Counted from the first letter of the stretch, positions 30,473 through 41,621 are shown. The stretch: 64,000 bases of DNA from Calditrichaceae bacterium (GCA_050173015.1 JBFXLE010000001.1:256001-320000); one strand, 5' to 3'. Notes: generated by a model not told the origin, from the letters alone. Program-made: numbers and translations.

Positions 30473-31870
30473 ATGAAGGTTAGCTATAAGGTGCTTAACA
30501 AATTATCGGCTTTAACAATGGTGCTTCTATTTGCCGGTCTGTCCACCGCTCAGGAAAACAAGGCACCGGAAATGTTAACCCTCGATGAGTGCATTCAGAT
30601 TGCTCTGGGAAACAATTCGAGTCTTAAGACTTCTGAGTATTCTAATGACGCGTCAAAACTGGATGAACTCGGAAGTTATCGGGGAATTCTGCCAAATGTG
30701 GATATCAGCGCGTCAAAGGGCGAATATGAAACCGGACCCTCGGTTTATCTGAGTGATGAACCGATTGGCGTTGATCCGGCAACCGGTGAAGTAATCTATG
30801 AACAGAGAGTAAGAAGAACCGCGAAATCAATACGAAAAACAAATAACGCCGGACTCTCGGTGGATCAGATGGTGTTTGACGGAGGCAACTGGTGGAATCA
30901 GATTCGTCAGGCTAAAGCGAATAAGCGATCATCTGATTTCGGTCTGGAATCAGACCGGAACAATGTGATTTTATCTGTCCAGGAGGCCTATTTTGATCTG
31001 CTGAAACAGGTACGATTGCTGGAGGCTTATGAGCTGGCCGTGCAGCGGAGCGAGGGACAGTTAAACCGAACACAAAAAATGTTTGAATTGGGTGCTACCG
31101 CCAGGCTGGATGTTTATCGTTCTCAGGTCAATCTTGGTAATGACAAAATCTCTTTGCTGACTCAGGGTAATGCTGTCAGATCCGCAAAAAATAAACTCAA
31201 TTTAGCGATGGGGCGTGATCCTCTGGAGCCGATCAAGGTTCAGGCGACTTTAGATGTTCCGGAGTCTTTGCCTACGCCTGAAGATTTAATAGAAACAGCA
31301 TTTGGCAATCAGCCGCTGCTTAAAAAGAATGAAGCGGACATTAAATCACAGGATTTGGCGGTTTCTCTCGCGAAGGGGAGTTTATCACCAAATATTTCAC
31401 TATATTTGAACTATGACCGCAGAAATGAAGAGCTCGACCGGGTTTGGTCAGGTTTTGATCAGAACTATACACTTTCGTATGGAGTGTATCTCTCATTTAA
31501 TTTGTTTAATGGATTCTCTGATTATGTAACTATTCAGAAGGCAAAAATCGCTAAGCGTACCGCTGAAGAGAATTACGAAGAATATAAGAGAAATCTGAAA
31601 TCAACCATCTATCAATACTACGATAATTACAAGTCTTATCTTTCTATCATTGAAATAAACCGTCAGAATCTTGAAGCGGCAAAAGAGGAATTAAGACTTG
31701 CTGAAGAGCGTTATCAAATCGGCGCGGGTACAACTCTTGATGTCAGGGAAGCACAGGTTAATCTAATGATTGCAGAACAAACACTTATTGAATCACAGTA
31801 TAATTCTCTAATCAGCCTGGCTCAGATCGATAACCAACTTGGCCTTACGTATGAAAAAATAAGCAATTAA
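30473..31870 (+). CDS. TolC-family outer membrane efflux protein
   Basis: LTLDECIQIALGNN, VQEAYFDLL and ERYQIGAGTTLDVREAQ motifs. Confidence 0.93.
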   Translation: MKVSYKVLNKLSALTMVLLFAGLSTAQENKAPEMLTLDECIQIALGNNSSLKTSEYSNDASKLDELGSYRGILPNVDISASKGEYETGPSVYLSDEPIGVDPATGEVIYEQRVRRTAKSIRKTNNAGLSVDQMVFDGGNWWNQIRQAKANKRSSDFGLESDRNNVILSVQEAYFDLLKQVRLLEAYELAVQRSEGQLNRTQKMFELGATARLDVYRSQVNLGNDKISLLTQGNAVRSAKNKLNLAMGRDPLEPIKVQATLDVPESLPTPEDLIETAFGNQPLLKKNEADIKSQDLAVSLAKGSLSPNISLYLNYDRRNEELDRVWSGFDQNYTLSYGVYLSFNLFNGFSDYVTIQKAKIAKRTAEENYEEYKRNLKSTIYQYYDNYKSYLSIIEINRQNLEAAKEELRLAEERYQIGAGTTLDVREAQVNLMIAEQTLIESQYNSLISLAQIDNQLGLTYEKISN

Positions 31871-31914
31871 CCGATCTGTATCTTCGTTTTGCAATGAACG
31901 ATTTGGAGTGAACA

Positions 31915-33114
31915 ATGAAAAAATATTTGATTATCGGCGGGATTATAATTGTAGTCGGAGCGCTGGTCGCCGCCAATCTTCTTAAGAAAGAAAAAGGCGT
32001 AGAAGTCACAACAGAGAAGATCTCAAAGGGGACCATCTTACAAAAAGTTACGGGATCCGGACAGATTAAGCCGGCAGTTGACGTAAAAATAAGCGCCAAT
32101 GTCGCGGGCAAAATTCTCGAATTGAACGCTAAAGAAGGTGAACGGGTTAAAAAAGGACAATTACTGGTTCAGCTGGATCGTGTCCAGTATGAGGCGGCCG
32201 TTGAACGCGCTGAATCGGTCCTGATGTCCGCGCAGGCGAATGAAAAAATTGCCAATAGCGAATTGGTACGCGCGAAAGAACTTAACGCGCAAAGGCTTTC
32301 ATCTCAGGCTGAATTTGAATCGGCGGAGGCAAAATATGAAGCCGCCGTAAGTACAAGACTTCAGGCGGAAGCTTCCCTGAAAGAAGCCAGAGAATCACTG
32401 AGCAAAACAAGTCTTTATGCTTCCATGGACGGTGTGGTGACCAGAATGAATAAAGAGGTGGGTGAAATGGCCATCGGCGCCCAGTTTCAGGAAGATGTAA
32501 TCCTTGTGGTTTCTAATTTATCAGTAATGGAATCGGTTATAGAAGTCGATGAAAATGAGATAATTAATGTATCAATGAATGATACATGTGATGTTGAGGT
32601 TGATGCCTTTCCGGATACACTGTTCAAGGGATTTGTTTCCGAAATCGCGAATTCAGCGGTTACCAAGGGTCTTGGCACTCAGGAACAGGTCACCAATTTT
32701 GAAGTGACGGTAACTATCCTGAACGCGGATAAAAGATTCCGACCGGGTATGAGTACAACAGTTGACATATACACGGACAGAGAAGATAACATCATAAAAG
32801 TTCCCATCCAGGCGGTGACTGTCAGAGAAAAAGATCGTCTGGAAAAGAAAGCGGATGTTGAAGACAGAGAAGAATCTGAAGAAGATTCGGATGATAAATC
32901 CAAAAAAGAAATGGTCGAGGCTGTATTTATTGTTCAGGATTCCAGGGCGGTTGCAAAAGCCGTCAGGCTTGGAATCAGCGATGATACTCATTATGCCATT
33001 TTAGCGGGGCTTGACGAAGACGATGATGTGATCACGGGACCCTTCAAATTCCTAAACAAAACATTGAGTACGGGTGACCTGGTGGAAATAAAATCAAAGA
33101 AAAAGGGCAAATAG
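31915..33114 (+). CDS. Periplasmic adaptor subunit (MacA/YknX-like)
   Basis: [34 protein letters not shown] and FRPGMS motifs. Confidence 0.93.
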   Translation: MKKYLIIGGIIIVVGALVAANLLKKEKGVEVTTEKISKGTILQKVTGSGQIKPAVDVKISANVAGKILELNAKEGERVKKGQLLVQLDRVQYEAAVERAESVLMSAQANEKIANSELVRAKELNAQRLSSQAEFESAEAKYEAAVSTRLQAEASLKEARESLSKTSLYASMDGVVTRMNKEVGEMAIGAQFQEDVILVVSNLSVMESVIEVDENEIINVSMNDTCDVEVDAFPDTLFKGFVSEIANSAVTKGLGTQEQVTNFEVTVTILNADKRFRPGMSTTVDIYTDREDNIIKVPIQAVTVREKDRLEKKADVEDREESEEDSDDKSKKEMVEAVFIVQDSRAVAKAVRLGISDDTHYAILAGLDEDDDVITGPFKFLNKTLSTGDLVEIKSKKKGK

Positions 33115-33115
33115 T

Positions 33116-33793
33116 ATGTTGATCAATATGGTAAATCTGGTCAAATCTTATCAACTTGGTGAAATAGAGGTTGTTGCCCTGAGCGGTGTCAATGTTAAGA
33201 TTGACAAAAATGAATATGTATCGATTATGGGGCCGAGCGGGTCAGGAAAATCGACACTCATGAACATCATCGGGTGTCTGGATGTATCAACGAGCGGTGA
33301 CTATATCCTCAATGGGACGAATGTGAGCACTCTTACGGACGACCGGCTGGCGGAAATCCGCAACAAGGAAATCGGTTTTGTATTTCAGACCTTTAATCTG
33401 TTGCCTCGGGCGAACGCATTGCATAATGTTGAGTTGCCTCTGATATATAATGGTACTCCGAGAACAAAACGGCAGGAGACAGCCGTTAAGACACTTAATG
33501 AAGTTGGACTCGGTGACCGTATGCATCACAAACCGAGCGAACTTTCCGGTGGTCAAAGGCAGAGGGTAGCAATTGCCCGCGCGTTGGTTAACAAGCCGTC
33601 CCTGATTCTGGCTGATGAACCGACAGGAAATCTTGATTCGAAAACGGGTTTGGAAATCATGGAAATTTTTGACCAGCTTCACGCGGCAGGGAATACGATT
33701 ATACTTGTTACTCATGAAGAAGAAATCGCGAGACACAGTAAGAGAATCATCCGTTTACTGGATGGCAAGGTAATCTCGGATGAAACTAACTAG
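33116..33793 (+). CDS. ABC transporter ATP-binding protein (MacB/YknY-like)
   Basis: [34 protein letters not shown] and ADEPTGNLD motifs. Confidence 0.96.
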   Translation: MLINMVNLVKSYQLGEIEVVALSGVNVKIDKNEYVSIMGPSGSGKSTLMNIIGCLDVSTSGDYILNGTNVSTLTDDRLAEIRNKEIGFVFQTFNLLPRANALHNVELPLIYNGTPRTKRQETAVKTLNEVGLGDRMHHKPSELSGGQRQRVAIARALVNKPSLILADEPTGNLDSKTGLEIMEIFDQLHAAGNTIILVTHEEEIARHSKRIIRLLDGKVISDETN

Positions 33794-33837
33794 TAGAGAC
33801 CTTCAGAACCGAAAGATATTATCAGGCAGATAATTTT

Positions 33838-35064
33838 ATGTATACATTAGCGCGATTTAATGAATATTTGCTTATGAGCTGGACCGCTCTAAAAAGCCAT
33901 AAGTTACGTTCATTTCTGACTACTCTCGGTATTCTTATTGGTGTGACCACAATTATTACTATCTGGACGACAATCGAAGGATTAAATGACTATGTCAACG
34001 GGGAATTGTCCAATATCGGTTCTTCAACTGTTTATATCGAGAAATGGCCCTGGGTTATTCAGGGGGATTTCTGGCGCTACCGTAACCGTAAAAATGTAAC
34101 ATACGACGAGTACGAAGGGGTCAAAAAATACAGTACATTGGCAGATTATGTATCCCCTGAAGTTTTTTCCGCGAAAACAGTCAGTTACAGAACTGAAAGG
34201 TACGAAGGTATTTTTGTCATCGGATCGACAAATGACTACATGGTGACATCAAATGTCTATCCGGAAGTAGGAAGATTTTTAACTGAATTGGATGTGCGGA
34301 ACAATATACCGGTATGCGTTTTGGGGAGTGAGCTGGCCGATAAATTATTCAAGGACGAAAACCCGATTGGAAGACGCATTACGATCGATTCGGATAAATA
34401 TAAGGTGGTTGGAATTTTAGAAAAAAAGGGCAGTTTCTTTGGTCAGAGTATGGACAGCTATGTCATTGTTCCGATCGGAACATTCAGAAGGGTGTTCGGA
34501 GGTCACAGGGGATTGCGTATCACGGTGATGACCGATAATCCGGAAAGACTGGATGATCTTAAGGAAGAATTACGCGGGGTCATGCGCCGTGTGAGAAAAA
34601 TTCCACCGGCAGATGAAGATAATTTTTCGATCAATCAGATGGATATGCTGACCAATCTTTATAAGCAGCTGACAAGTACCCTGTTTGGTATTGTTTTTGT
34701 TGTGGCGTTAATATCACTTTTGGTTGGCGGAATCGGAATTATGAATATCATGCTTGTCAGTGTAACGGAACGAACGCGTGAAATTGGTATCCGGAAAGCC
34801 GTTGGCGCCAAGAGAAAGAATATTCTTGGTCAGTTTCTTTTTGAAGCTGTCGCCATCTCATCTATTGGCGGTATCATAGGGCTTGTTTTTGGATTCATCG
34901 GAGGGTCACTGGTGCTGTCGCAAATGAATCTTACTTCCGGAGTCAGTTTAAGCGCCATACTGATAGGATTTGGGTTTTCAGTGATTGTCGGTGTAACTTC
35001 CGGGTTTTATCCGGCGTATAAAGCATCAAAACTAAATCCGATTGATTCTCTGAGATATGAATAA
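33838..35064 (+). CDS. ABC permease (MacB_PCD/FtsX, YknZ-like)
   Basis: LRSFLTTLGILIG, VGGIGIMNIMLVSVTERTREIGIRKAVGA and PIDSLRYE motifs. Confidence 0.95.
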   Translation: MYTLARFNEYLLMSWTALKSHKLRSFLTTLGILIGVTTIITIWTTIEGLNDYVNGELSNIGSSTVYIEKWPWVIQGDFWRYRNRKNVTYDEYEGVKKYSTLADYVSPEVFSAKTVSYRTERYEGIFVIGSTNDYMVTSNVYPEVGRFLTELDVRNNIPVCVLGSELADKLFKDENPIGRRITIDSDKYKVVGILEKKGSFFGQSMDSYVIVPIGTFRRVFGGHRGLRITVMTDNPERLDDLKEELRGVMRRVRKIPPADEDNFSINQMDMLTNLYKQLTSTLFGIVFVVALISLLVGGIGIMNIMLVSVTERTREIGIRKAVGAKRKNILGQFLFEAVAISSIGGIIGLVFGFIGGSLVLSQMNLTSGVSLSAILIGFGFSVIVGVTSGFYPAYKASKLNPIDSLRYE

Positions 35065-35084
35065 ATTAATCTTGCAGGCAGATA

Positions 35085-36317
35085 ATGGTTATAAATGAAA
35101 ATTTACGCATAGCGCTGACACAGCTCAGATCAAGCAAAATGAGAGCAATTTTGACCACGCTTGGTATCACTATCGGTATCGGCACGGTTATTTTTATTGT
35201 ATCTATTTTAGAGGGGTACAATCTTTCTATAACCCAGGAACTTAATATGCTGGGAGCGAATACATTTCAGGTACAAAAACAGGACGTTTTCGGGGGGATT
35301 CAGGTTGGACACGGACGAAAAGAAAAATTCCGTAAAGATTTAAATAAAGAGCTGGCGGAGGCGATCAGAGAAAATTGCGATCTCGTGGAATCGGCCGGCG
35401 CGGAAGTCTGGCAGTTTGGTTTGGCCATTCATTATAAAGACAAAAAAACAAATCCCAATTTGCGTGTTGCCGGAGGGGAGCCTGAGTTCTTTCCAAATAA
35501 CGGATATTATATCCAGGACGGCCGGGCACTAACCCGTGAGGATGTGGCTGCCAGCAGCCGCCTTATCGTGCTCGGTATGGACGCAATAGATGTTTTGTTT
35601 CCATTCGAGGACCCGGTGGGTAAAATTGTAAAAGTTAATGGTACAAAATTTCAGGTGATTGGCATTCTGGAGAAACTGGGGAATTCAACTTTCGGGGAGA
35701 GCCGTGATAATACTATGGTCATTCCCATTACTACATTTGAAAATTTATGGGGCAAAGAAAGATCGGTCAATATAACCGTCAGCGTTAAAGATCCGCTGCT
35801 TTTCGAAGAAGCGCAGAGCCAGGTAATCGGAGTAATGCGCAAAGAAAGAAAAGTACCGCCGGGTGAAGAGAATGACTTTGCCGTGTTTTCAAATGAAACA
35901 CTGGTTGATTCCTTCCAAAATATTGCTTCCAAAATTAAGATTGTAGCCATATTACTTGGAATGGTCTCGCTTTTAGTGGGCAGTATCGGAGTGATGAATA
36001 TTATGCTCGTAACCGTAACGGAACGTACGCGCGAAATCGGCATCAGAAAAGCGGTTGGGGCAAAAAAAATCACAATACTGGCTCAATTTCTAAACGAATC
36101 CATTGTTTTATCTATTATCGGCGGAATTATTGGCATGGCATTCGGATTTGGTCTCGCGGGCGGACTTAGCGCTATTCTGAAAATTCCTTTCGCCGTCCCC
36201 TTGTGGGTGGTTGTAAGTTCAATCGCCGTCACGACTTTTGTAGGACTGGTCGCGGGAATTTACCCGGCCGCGCGGGCCGCGAGTATGGATCCAATCAATG
36301 CTCTCAGATATGAATAA
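35085..36317 (+). CDS. ABC permease (MacB_PCD/FtsX), second paralog
   Basis: MRAILTTLGITIG, GVMNIMLVTVTERTREIGIRKAVGA and PINALRYE motifs. Confidence 0.95.
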   Translation: MVINENLRIALTQLRSSKMRAILTTLGITIGIGTVIFIVSILEGYNLSITQELNMLGANTFQVQKQDVFGGIQVGHGRKEKFRKDLNKELAEAIRENCDLVESAGAEVWQFGLAIHYKDKKTNPNLRVAGGEPEFFPNNGYYIQDGRALTREDVAASSRLIVLGMDAIDVLFPFEDPVGKIVKVNGTKFQVIGILEKLGNSTFGESRDNTMVIPITTFENLWGKERSVNITVSVKDPLLFEEAQSQVIGVMRKERKVPPGEENDFAVFSNETLVDSFQNIASKIKIVAILLGMVSLLVGSIGVMNIMLVTVTERTREIGIRKAVGAKKITILAQFLNESIVLSIIGGIIGMAFGFGLAGGLSAILKIPFAVPLWVVVSSIAVTTFVGLVAGIYPAARAASMDPINALRYE

Positions 36318-36344
36318 TCCGTTTTACGAGTCCAGAATATAAGG

Positions 36345-37745
36345 TCACTGCCCGGATTTTATATTAAACATATTTTGAACACCGTATCCCGCCAAACTGA
36401 CCATCAATCCCGGGAAGAACGGCTCAAGTCCGAATGGATAATCGGGCTGGCCATCTAATGTATTCACTTGGCCGAGTACAAAAAAAACAAGAGCCACCGC
36501 AAAACTCAGACTCATGACAAGCATAGTCGCGTTGGAACTTATTCGCCAACGCGGAAAATAAGCCGTTACCAAAGGTAAAAGCAACGGTGGAATAAACAGG
36601 CTCCCCAGATTGTACCAGATTTCAATGACCGATGGCATCAAAAATATCAGAATTAAGGAAATAACCGCGGTTATAATCAAGCCGATTCTTGTATAAAGTG
36701 TGACTCTTTCATCACTGTTATCATCATTCCATTTCCAGATAATATCCCTTCCAAATGTAAGAGCGGACAGAAACGTATAACTGTCAACGGTTGACATGAT
36801 AATCGCAAGCAGCCCCATAAAGAATATGCCCTGAAAAACAGGCGGCAGCAGATGCTGCGCGAGCATGGGATAAGCGGTCAGCGGATCAATTCCCGGTAAA
36901 AGAACAAACGCGTATAAGCCTGTCAGCATCGTCAGCATATCAAAAATAAACCAGAAACCGATGGAAATAAAAATTCCTTTTTTCGCGGTACCCGGTGTTC
37001 TTGCCGCGGCGCATCTTTGATGAAATCCCGGATCAATGAATGTCCAGCTTGCAATCAGAAACCAGACAATAAGACTTTGAACCGACAGACCCCCCGTCAC
37101 GTTTTTATGTGGGGCGTCCAGGTGAGAAACCAATTTTTCTAAAGGCATTCCATCGGTGAATGCATAAAAGGCCAGCAGCAAAAAGCCGGTGAACATTAGA
37201 ATGAACTGAAGTTTGTCGGTCTGAACGACCGACCGGAATCCACCCCAGTAAACATAAATGATAGAAAATAATGTGCCGGCGACGGTGCTTACAATAAAGG
37301 AAAGGTGAAACAAATGCTGGAGAAGCGCAGCTACCATTAAAATATACGGCGCCGGAGTAGTCATTATTACCAGAAAGAGGCTCCCCAATATTCCGGCAGG
37401 GCGGTTATATGTATTGTATAGCATATCCGGAATGGAATAATTATTGGCGCTTCTGATTTTAGGAGCCAGGAAAAAAGCAAATAATCCGGCAAAAATATAA
37501 TATGGCAATCCAAAAACAATCCAGGCGGAAATCCCAAATGAATACACAAACTCACCCACACCCAAAATGCCGCCGTACCAGGTGGTCACCAGTGTGGCGA
37601 CGAACGCGGGGACGCTTAAAGAACGGCCACTTAGCAGAAACTCATCGGAATCGGCGTTCCTTCGATACGATTTGAATCCGATGACCAGCAATAATAAAAT
37701 ATATATAATTACAGGAATCAGAATTGGGAGATTAAGTTCATTCAT
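36345..37745 (-). CDS. Sodium:solute symporter, probably for thiamine or a precursor
   Basis: FLLSGRSL, TWYGG, GGFRSVVQTD, QRCAAA and AIIMSTVDS. Last gene of the TPP-riboswitch operon. Confidence 0.88.
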   Translation of the reverse strand: MNELNLPILIPVIIYILLLLVIGFKSYRRNADSDEFLLSGRSLSVPAFVATLVTTWYGGILGVGEFVYSFGISAWIVFGLPYYIFAGLFAFFLAPKIRSANNYSIPDMLYNTYNRPAGILGSLFLVIMTTPAPYILMVAALLQHLFHLSFIVSTVAGTLFSIIYVYWGGFRSVVQTDKLQFILMFTGFLLLAFYAFTDGMPLEKLVSHLDAPHKNVTGGLSVQSLIVWFLIASWTFIDPGFHQRCAAARTPGTAKKGIFISIGFWFIFDMLTMLTGLYAFVLLPGIDPLTAYPMLAQHLLPPVFQGIFFMGLLAIIMSTVDSYTFLSALTFGRDIIWKWNDDNSDERVTLYTRIGLIITAVISLILIFLMPSVIEIWYNLGSLFIPPLLLPLVTAYFPRWRISSNATMLVMSLSFAVALVFFVLGQVNTLDGQPDYPFGLEPFFPGLMVSLAGYGVQNMFNIKSGQ

Positions 37746-38373
37746 TATTCAGCATTTCATATAAAAACAGCTTGCCGGAATCGAAAGAAACATGCCCGAC
37801 TTCTTTTTCATAAACATTACTGACACCGATAAATGAATCAGGAAAAGATTTCCCTTCCACCGGATATCTGAAGCCGTCTAACACCAGGTTTTTAATCGGA
37901 TTTAAAGAAAACATAGAAACAATCATACCAATTCTACCCCGAAGCGAATGATTTCCAGGGGAAAGCAGGCTCATTCTTCCATAATTATCATAGATCACCA
38001 GAGGAACGCTGGTTTCGTATTCCTGAAAAAGAAGAATATTCGCGATAGTATGGTCAATCCGTTTACCGAAAGAAGAAAAAATCTTTATCAGAACAGGGGA
38101 AAGCGAAATGGCAAATTCAATCGATTTTTGCATATCTGTCGAATTCTGATCAGGTCTCAAAATAAATTCTGATTCAGAAAATGTGTTTTTGAGCTCATCG
38201 GAAATGGAATCCATATCGCCGACGATATAATCGGGATGAATATCGAGCTCACGGCATAAAAGCGCTCCCCCGTCGGCGGCAATGATCACCGAAGCATCCT
38301 TCAGATTATCACGTGACCAATCCGTGGTGAGGCTTTCGCCGTTAGCGATGATTGCAATGATTTTTCCTGCCAA
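37738..38373 (-). CDS. thiN: Thiamine pyrophosphokinase
   Basis: IAADGGA, VGDMDS, DQNSTDMQKS, RIDHTIAN and GVSN motifs. Confidence 0.94.
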   Translation of the reverse strand: MAGKIIAIIANGESLTTDWSRDNLKDASVIIAADGGALLCRELDIHPDYIVGDMDSISDELKNTFSESEFILRPDQNSTDMQKSIEFAISLSPVLIKIFSSFGKRIDHTIANILLFQEYETSVPLVIYDNYGRMSLLSPGNHSLRGRIGMIVSMFSLNPIKNLVLDGFRYPVEGKSFPDSFIGVSNVYEKEVGHVSFDSGKLFLYEMLNNE

Positions 38374-38392
38374 TTGACTGTTCCTGTTTTAG

Positions 38393-40927
38393 TTATAATT
38401 CAACCTGTATCGTCGTATAATAATTTCGGCCGGCGGCGGGATAATAATAATTAACATCGGACCAGCTATCATAATACCCCGCTGTCTCGTATTCTTCGTC
38501 AAACAGATTATTAATCTTTAATGTCAGGCGAAATCCCGGGAAGCGCGATGATTTCGGAAACCGGTAAGAAAACATGGCATTCGCTGTGGTAAACGGATCT
38601 ATTCTCCGTGATTCATTCTCTGTGTTATCCAGAAATTGTTTGCCCACATGCTGAATGGATAAGGATGATGTTAAATTTCGAATATCGGCCGAAATTTTAA
38701 TATTACCGATTAATTCAGGAAATCCGGCAATAGTTTTATCTTTAAAATCAACCGGAGTTGTTTCACCTGTTTCCCAGTCATATTCATTTTGTGTGAAATT
38801 CCCAAAATAATTCTGGCTAAACGCCAAATTACCTCCCATGGTAAAGTATTTACCGAGAGCCGCGTTCGCGGAAAATTCAATTCCCCTGTGAATCGTGCTT
38901 TCCGCGTTACCCTTTATCGGGAATCCGTCTTTATCGACTCCGCCAAGCGGAATAATTTCATTACGGAAATCCATCCAGTAAATATTTATAGCAGCTGACA
39001 GGACCGATGACCGGTAGCCGATACCAAACTCATAATCCAGCAATTCCTCGGGGTCAATATAAGGATCATCCCATTCTACTTTTGTCACATTCCCGTTGAC
39101 CCGGACAGTGTCACTTTTCGCGAATAATGGCGCTACTCCAAGGTCATCGGGACCGGCAAAGGCATCGTAAAGATCGTCATCCGAAGGCTCGCGTTGCGAG
39201 TAGGATACATTACCGTATAAATGAATCTTGTCATTAATCAGATAGGTGACGCCGATCCTCGGGCTCAAAAAATGGTAATCAAGCGAATAGGTGTTAATTT
39301 TATCGCCCTGAAACAGCGCGGTAGGCTGCTGTTCAAAATTCTGATTTTTATATTCATAAAGAAGATTACTCATAATATTTATTTTGGGTGAATAGTGGTA
39401 AAGATAATTATAGAAAGCGGAAAGATTTACCCTGTCACCTCTATATTCGTAATATTTACGGTCCGGATCATATTCAGACGGGATATTTTTAGCCCAGATT
39501 ACTTTTCCGAAATGATGACTGTCAAATGTATAGCCGGACACTCCCATTGTAAGATCACCGGAATCGAGTTTCCAGTCGGTTTTGCTGATGAGGCCGTATT
39601 GATTTTTTTGCACCCATTTCTGCCTTACCAGGTCTGTAGAATTGACCGTATAGTATCCTTCATCTCTGACCAATTTGCCGTTATGGGATTCGTAATAGTC
39701 CAGCGAATCCGCGCCAAATAGAGCCGGATCTGCTGTCAGATAAGGCGTCATGCCAAAAGCGGATAAATCTTTATTAACCTTATAATTTTCATAATATCCC
39801 TCACCCCGTATATAATAGGCTATGTTTTTCCATTCAAGTCTTTCTGAAAGCCGCCATTCATTACTAATTTCATAGTGAGGTTGGTTAAAGTCATCCACAT
39901 CATTCTTGTACGCGGATGCTTTATATTTTCGATCATTTTTGAGAATAGCTTCGGGCACTCCGTCCCAATCCGGATGGGTTCTTTCCGGCCCGCCGTAAAT
40001 ATTGATTTTTGTAACCATGTTTTCATCATAGCGGGCGGCGCCGATAAAATAGGCCCACAAATCAGAAGCAGAATTATCTCTGAATCCGTCGGAAGTAATT
40101 TTGGAGAACCGGCCGTAAAAGGAATAGGTCTCAGCCACAATACCCGATTTATATTCAGCCGAGAACTTACGTGTGTTATAGCTTCCGTAACCATATTGGG
40201 CGGAAATGTTGCGTTCTCCGGTAAATTGAGATGTATTGATGTTGATGGAGCCGCCGAATGTTGATGATCCGTAAACGCTGCTTCCAACACCGCGCTGTAC
40301 CTGTATATCCTGAATACTTTCAGCCAGATCGGGCATATCGACCCAGTAAACCTGATGGTCTTCAGGATCGTTCAGGGGGATATCATTAATCATTACGCCG
40401 ATTCTTTTCTGGTCAAATCCTCTTATCTTTATAAATGAATACCCGAGAGCATCACCGGTAAGTGAATACGAAAAAGTATTGGGAAGTTCACTCAGCATCA
40501 TCGGAATGTCGCTTGCGGTATAATTGTCTTCGATTTCGGCTCTCGTCACATTGCTGAAAGTGACAGGTGTTTCGCGTTCCCTGGCTCGGGTTCCGGAAAT
40601 GACAATGGTTTGTCCATCGAGAATTTCAGGTTGCAAATTAAAAATTATTCCGTTTAACGGTTTGTCTGAGATATTGAGCCGTTTTTTTGCCGGGGTATAA
40701 CCCAGGTAAGACGCGGATAGCATGTACGCGCCTTTTTCAGGGAGCGTCAGGTTAAAATATCCGGAATCATCGCTGGAGGCGCCAATGGACATCCCTTCCA
40801 CCAGAATATTGGCGCCAATCAAGGGTTCTCCGGTTTGGGCATCCTGAATATAGCCGGTAATTTGGACAGGTTGACTGTAAAGATAAGTAAAACTAAGTAG
40901 TAGAATGATAATCCTGGTGAATTTCAC
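38393..40927 (-). CDS. TonB-dependent receptor, probably for thiamine
   Basis: N-terminal CarboxypepD-like domain (GEPLIGANI), plug (IRGFDQ, QVQRGVGSS, GGSIN) and barrel end (INNLFDEEY...GRNYY). Downstream of a TPP riboswitch. Confidence 0.93.
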   Translation of the reverse strand: MKFTRIIILLLSFTYLYSQPVQITGYIQDAQTGEPLIGANILVEGMSIGASSDDSGYFNLTLPEKGAYMLSASYLGYTPAKKRLNISDKPLNGIIFNLQPEILDGQTIVISGTRARERETPVTFSNVTRAEIEDNYTASDIPMMLSELPNTFSYSLTGDALGYSFIKIRGFDQKRIGVMINDIPLNDPEDHQVYWVDMPDLAESIQDIQVQRGVGSSVYGSSTFGGSININTSQFTGERNISAQYGYGSYNTRKFSAEYKSGIVAETYSFYGRFSKITSDGFRDNSASDLWAYFIGAARYDENMVTKINIYGGPERTHPDWDGVPEAILKNDRKYKASAYKNDVDDFNQPHYEISNEWRLSERLEWKNIAYYIRGEGYYENYKVNKDLSAFGMTPYLTADPALFGADSLDYYESHNGKLVRDEGYYTVNSTDLVRQKWVQKNQYGLISKTDWKLDSGDLTMGVSGYTFDSHHFGKVIWAKNIPSEYDPDRKYYEYRGDRVNLSAFYNYLYHYSPKINIMSNLLYEYKNQNFEQQPTALFQGDKINTYSLDYHFLSPRIGVTYLINDKIHLYGNVSYSQREPSDDDLYDAFAGPDDLGVAPLFAKSDTVRVNGNVTKVEWDDPYIDPEELLDYEFGIGYRSSVLSAAINIYWMDFRNEIIPLGGVDKDGFPIKGNAESTIHRGIEFSANAALGKYFTMGGNLAFSQNYFGNFTQNEYDWETGETTPVDFKDKTIAGFPELIGNIKISADIRNLTSSLSIQHVGKQFLDNTENESRRIDPFTTANAMFSYRFPKSSRFPGFRLTLKINNLFDEEYETAGYYDSWSDVNYYYPAAGRNYYTTIQVEL

Positions 40928-41019
40928 TCGAACCTCCTTAACAAGAATGAAATTTTTTAAAGAGGTCCGTTCCTGATTTGAAGGAATTAAATGGATTAGA
41001 AAGAAGAAAAACTATCTCT

Positions 41020-41099
41020 CGTTTTCCTTCGCCGGTATTATCCGGATCAGGTTCAAAGGGTTTGTTCTCAGTCCCCAGTTTTAGGGAACACCCCCAACG
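41020..41099 (-). ncRNA. TPP riboswitch
   Basis: Minus strand CGTTGGGGGTG...CTGAGAACAAACCCTTTGAACCTGATCCGGATAATACCGGCGAAGGAAAACG has all canonical THI-box elements. Confidence 0.96.
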
Positions 41100-41107
41100 G
41101 ACGCGAT

Positions 41108-41136
41108 AATATATTACTCTTTTAATGGAATGTCAA
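41108..41136 (-). promoter_or_regulatory. Sigma70-type promoter of the thiamine operon
   Basis: TTGACA-17 nt-TATATT immediately upstream of the riboswitch. Confidence 0.8.
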
Positions 41137-41174
41137 ATACCAAGGGTGGTTTCTGACCTACGGTATTTGGAGAA

Positions 41175-41621
41175 TTATTCAGAATTTTTTAATTGATCTT
41201 TCATCGCCCGAATTTCTTTCAGACGCGCTTCAATTTCTTTTTCAAGATGATCAATCTGATTTTCCAGTTCAATCTTTCCTTTTTTCACCGGCTCATGTCT
41301 GGTTTGTTCAGACAGATCATTGACGGCATTCTGAAGAAGGTCAATCTGATTCCGGATATTTTTAATGTCATCAAGCAGGACCTGTAATGTCTCATGAGAT
41401 TTAAGCCCGTCAATATTGTTCTCCATCAAAAAGGGATATACTGTCTCTCCCAGGAGCGCCATTTTTTTCTCAAGAGCAACCTTATATTGGTGCAGCTCGA
41501 ATTTGATCTTCGCTAATTTGCTTAATTCTTCAGCTATGTCACGTAAATTGCTGGCATTTTTGCGAACCGTGTCATAGCTATCTTCAATTGATTTTTTTAA
41601 CTTATCGATAAAATCGGTCAT
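41175..41621 (-). CDS. Hypothetical coiled-coil protein
   Basis: 148-aa ORF with GGAGA RBS; charged helical sequence; no recognised family. Confidence 0.7.
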   Translation of the reverse strand: MTDFIDKLKKSIEDSYDTVRKNASNLRDIAEELSKLAKIKFELHQYKVALEKKMALLGETVYPFLMENNIDGLKSHETLQVLLDDIKNIRNQIDLLQNAVNDLSEQTRHEPVKKGKIELENQIDHLEKEIEARLKEIRAMKDQLKNSE

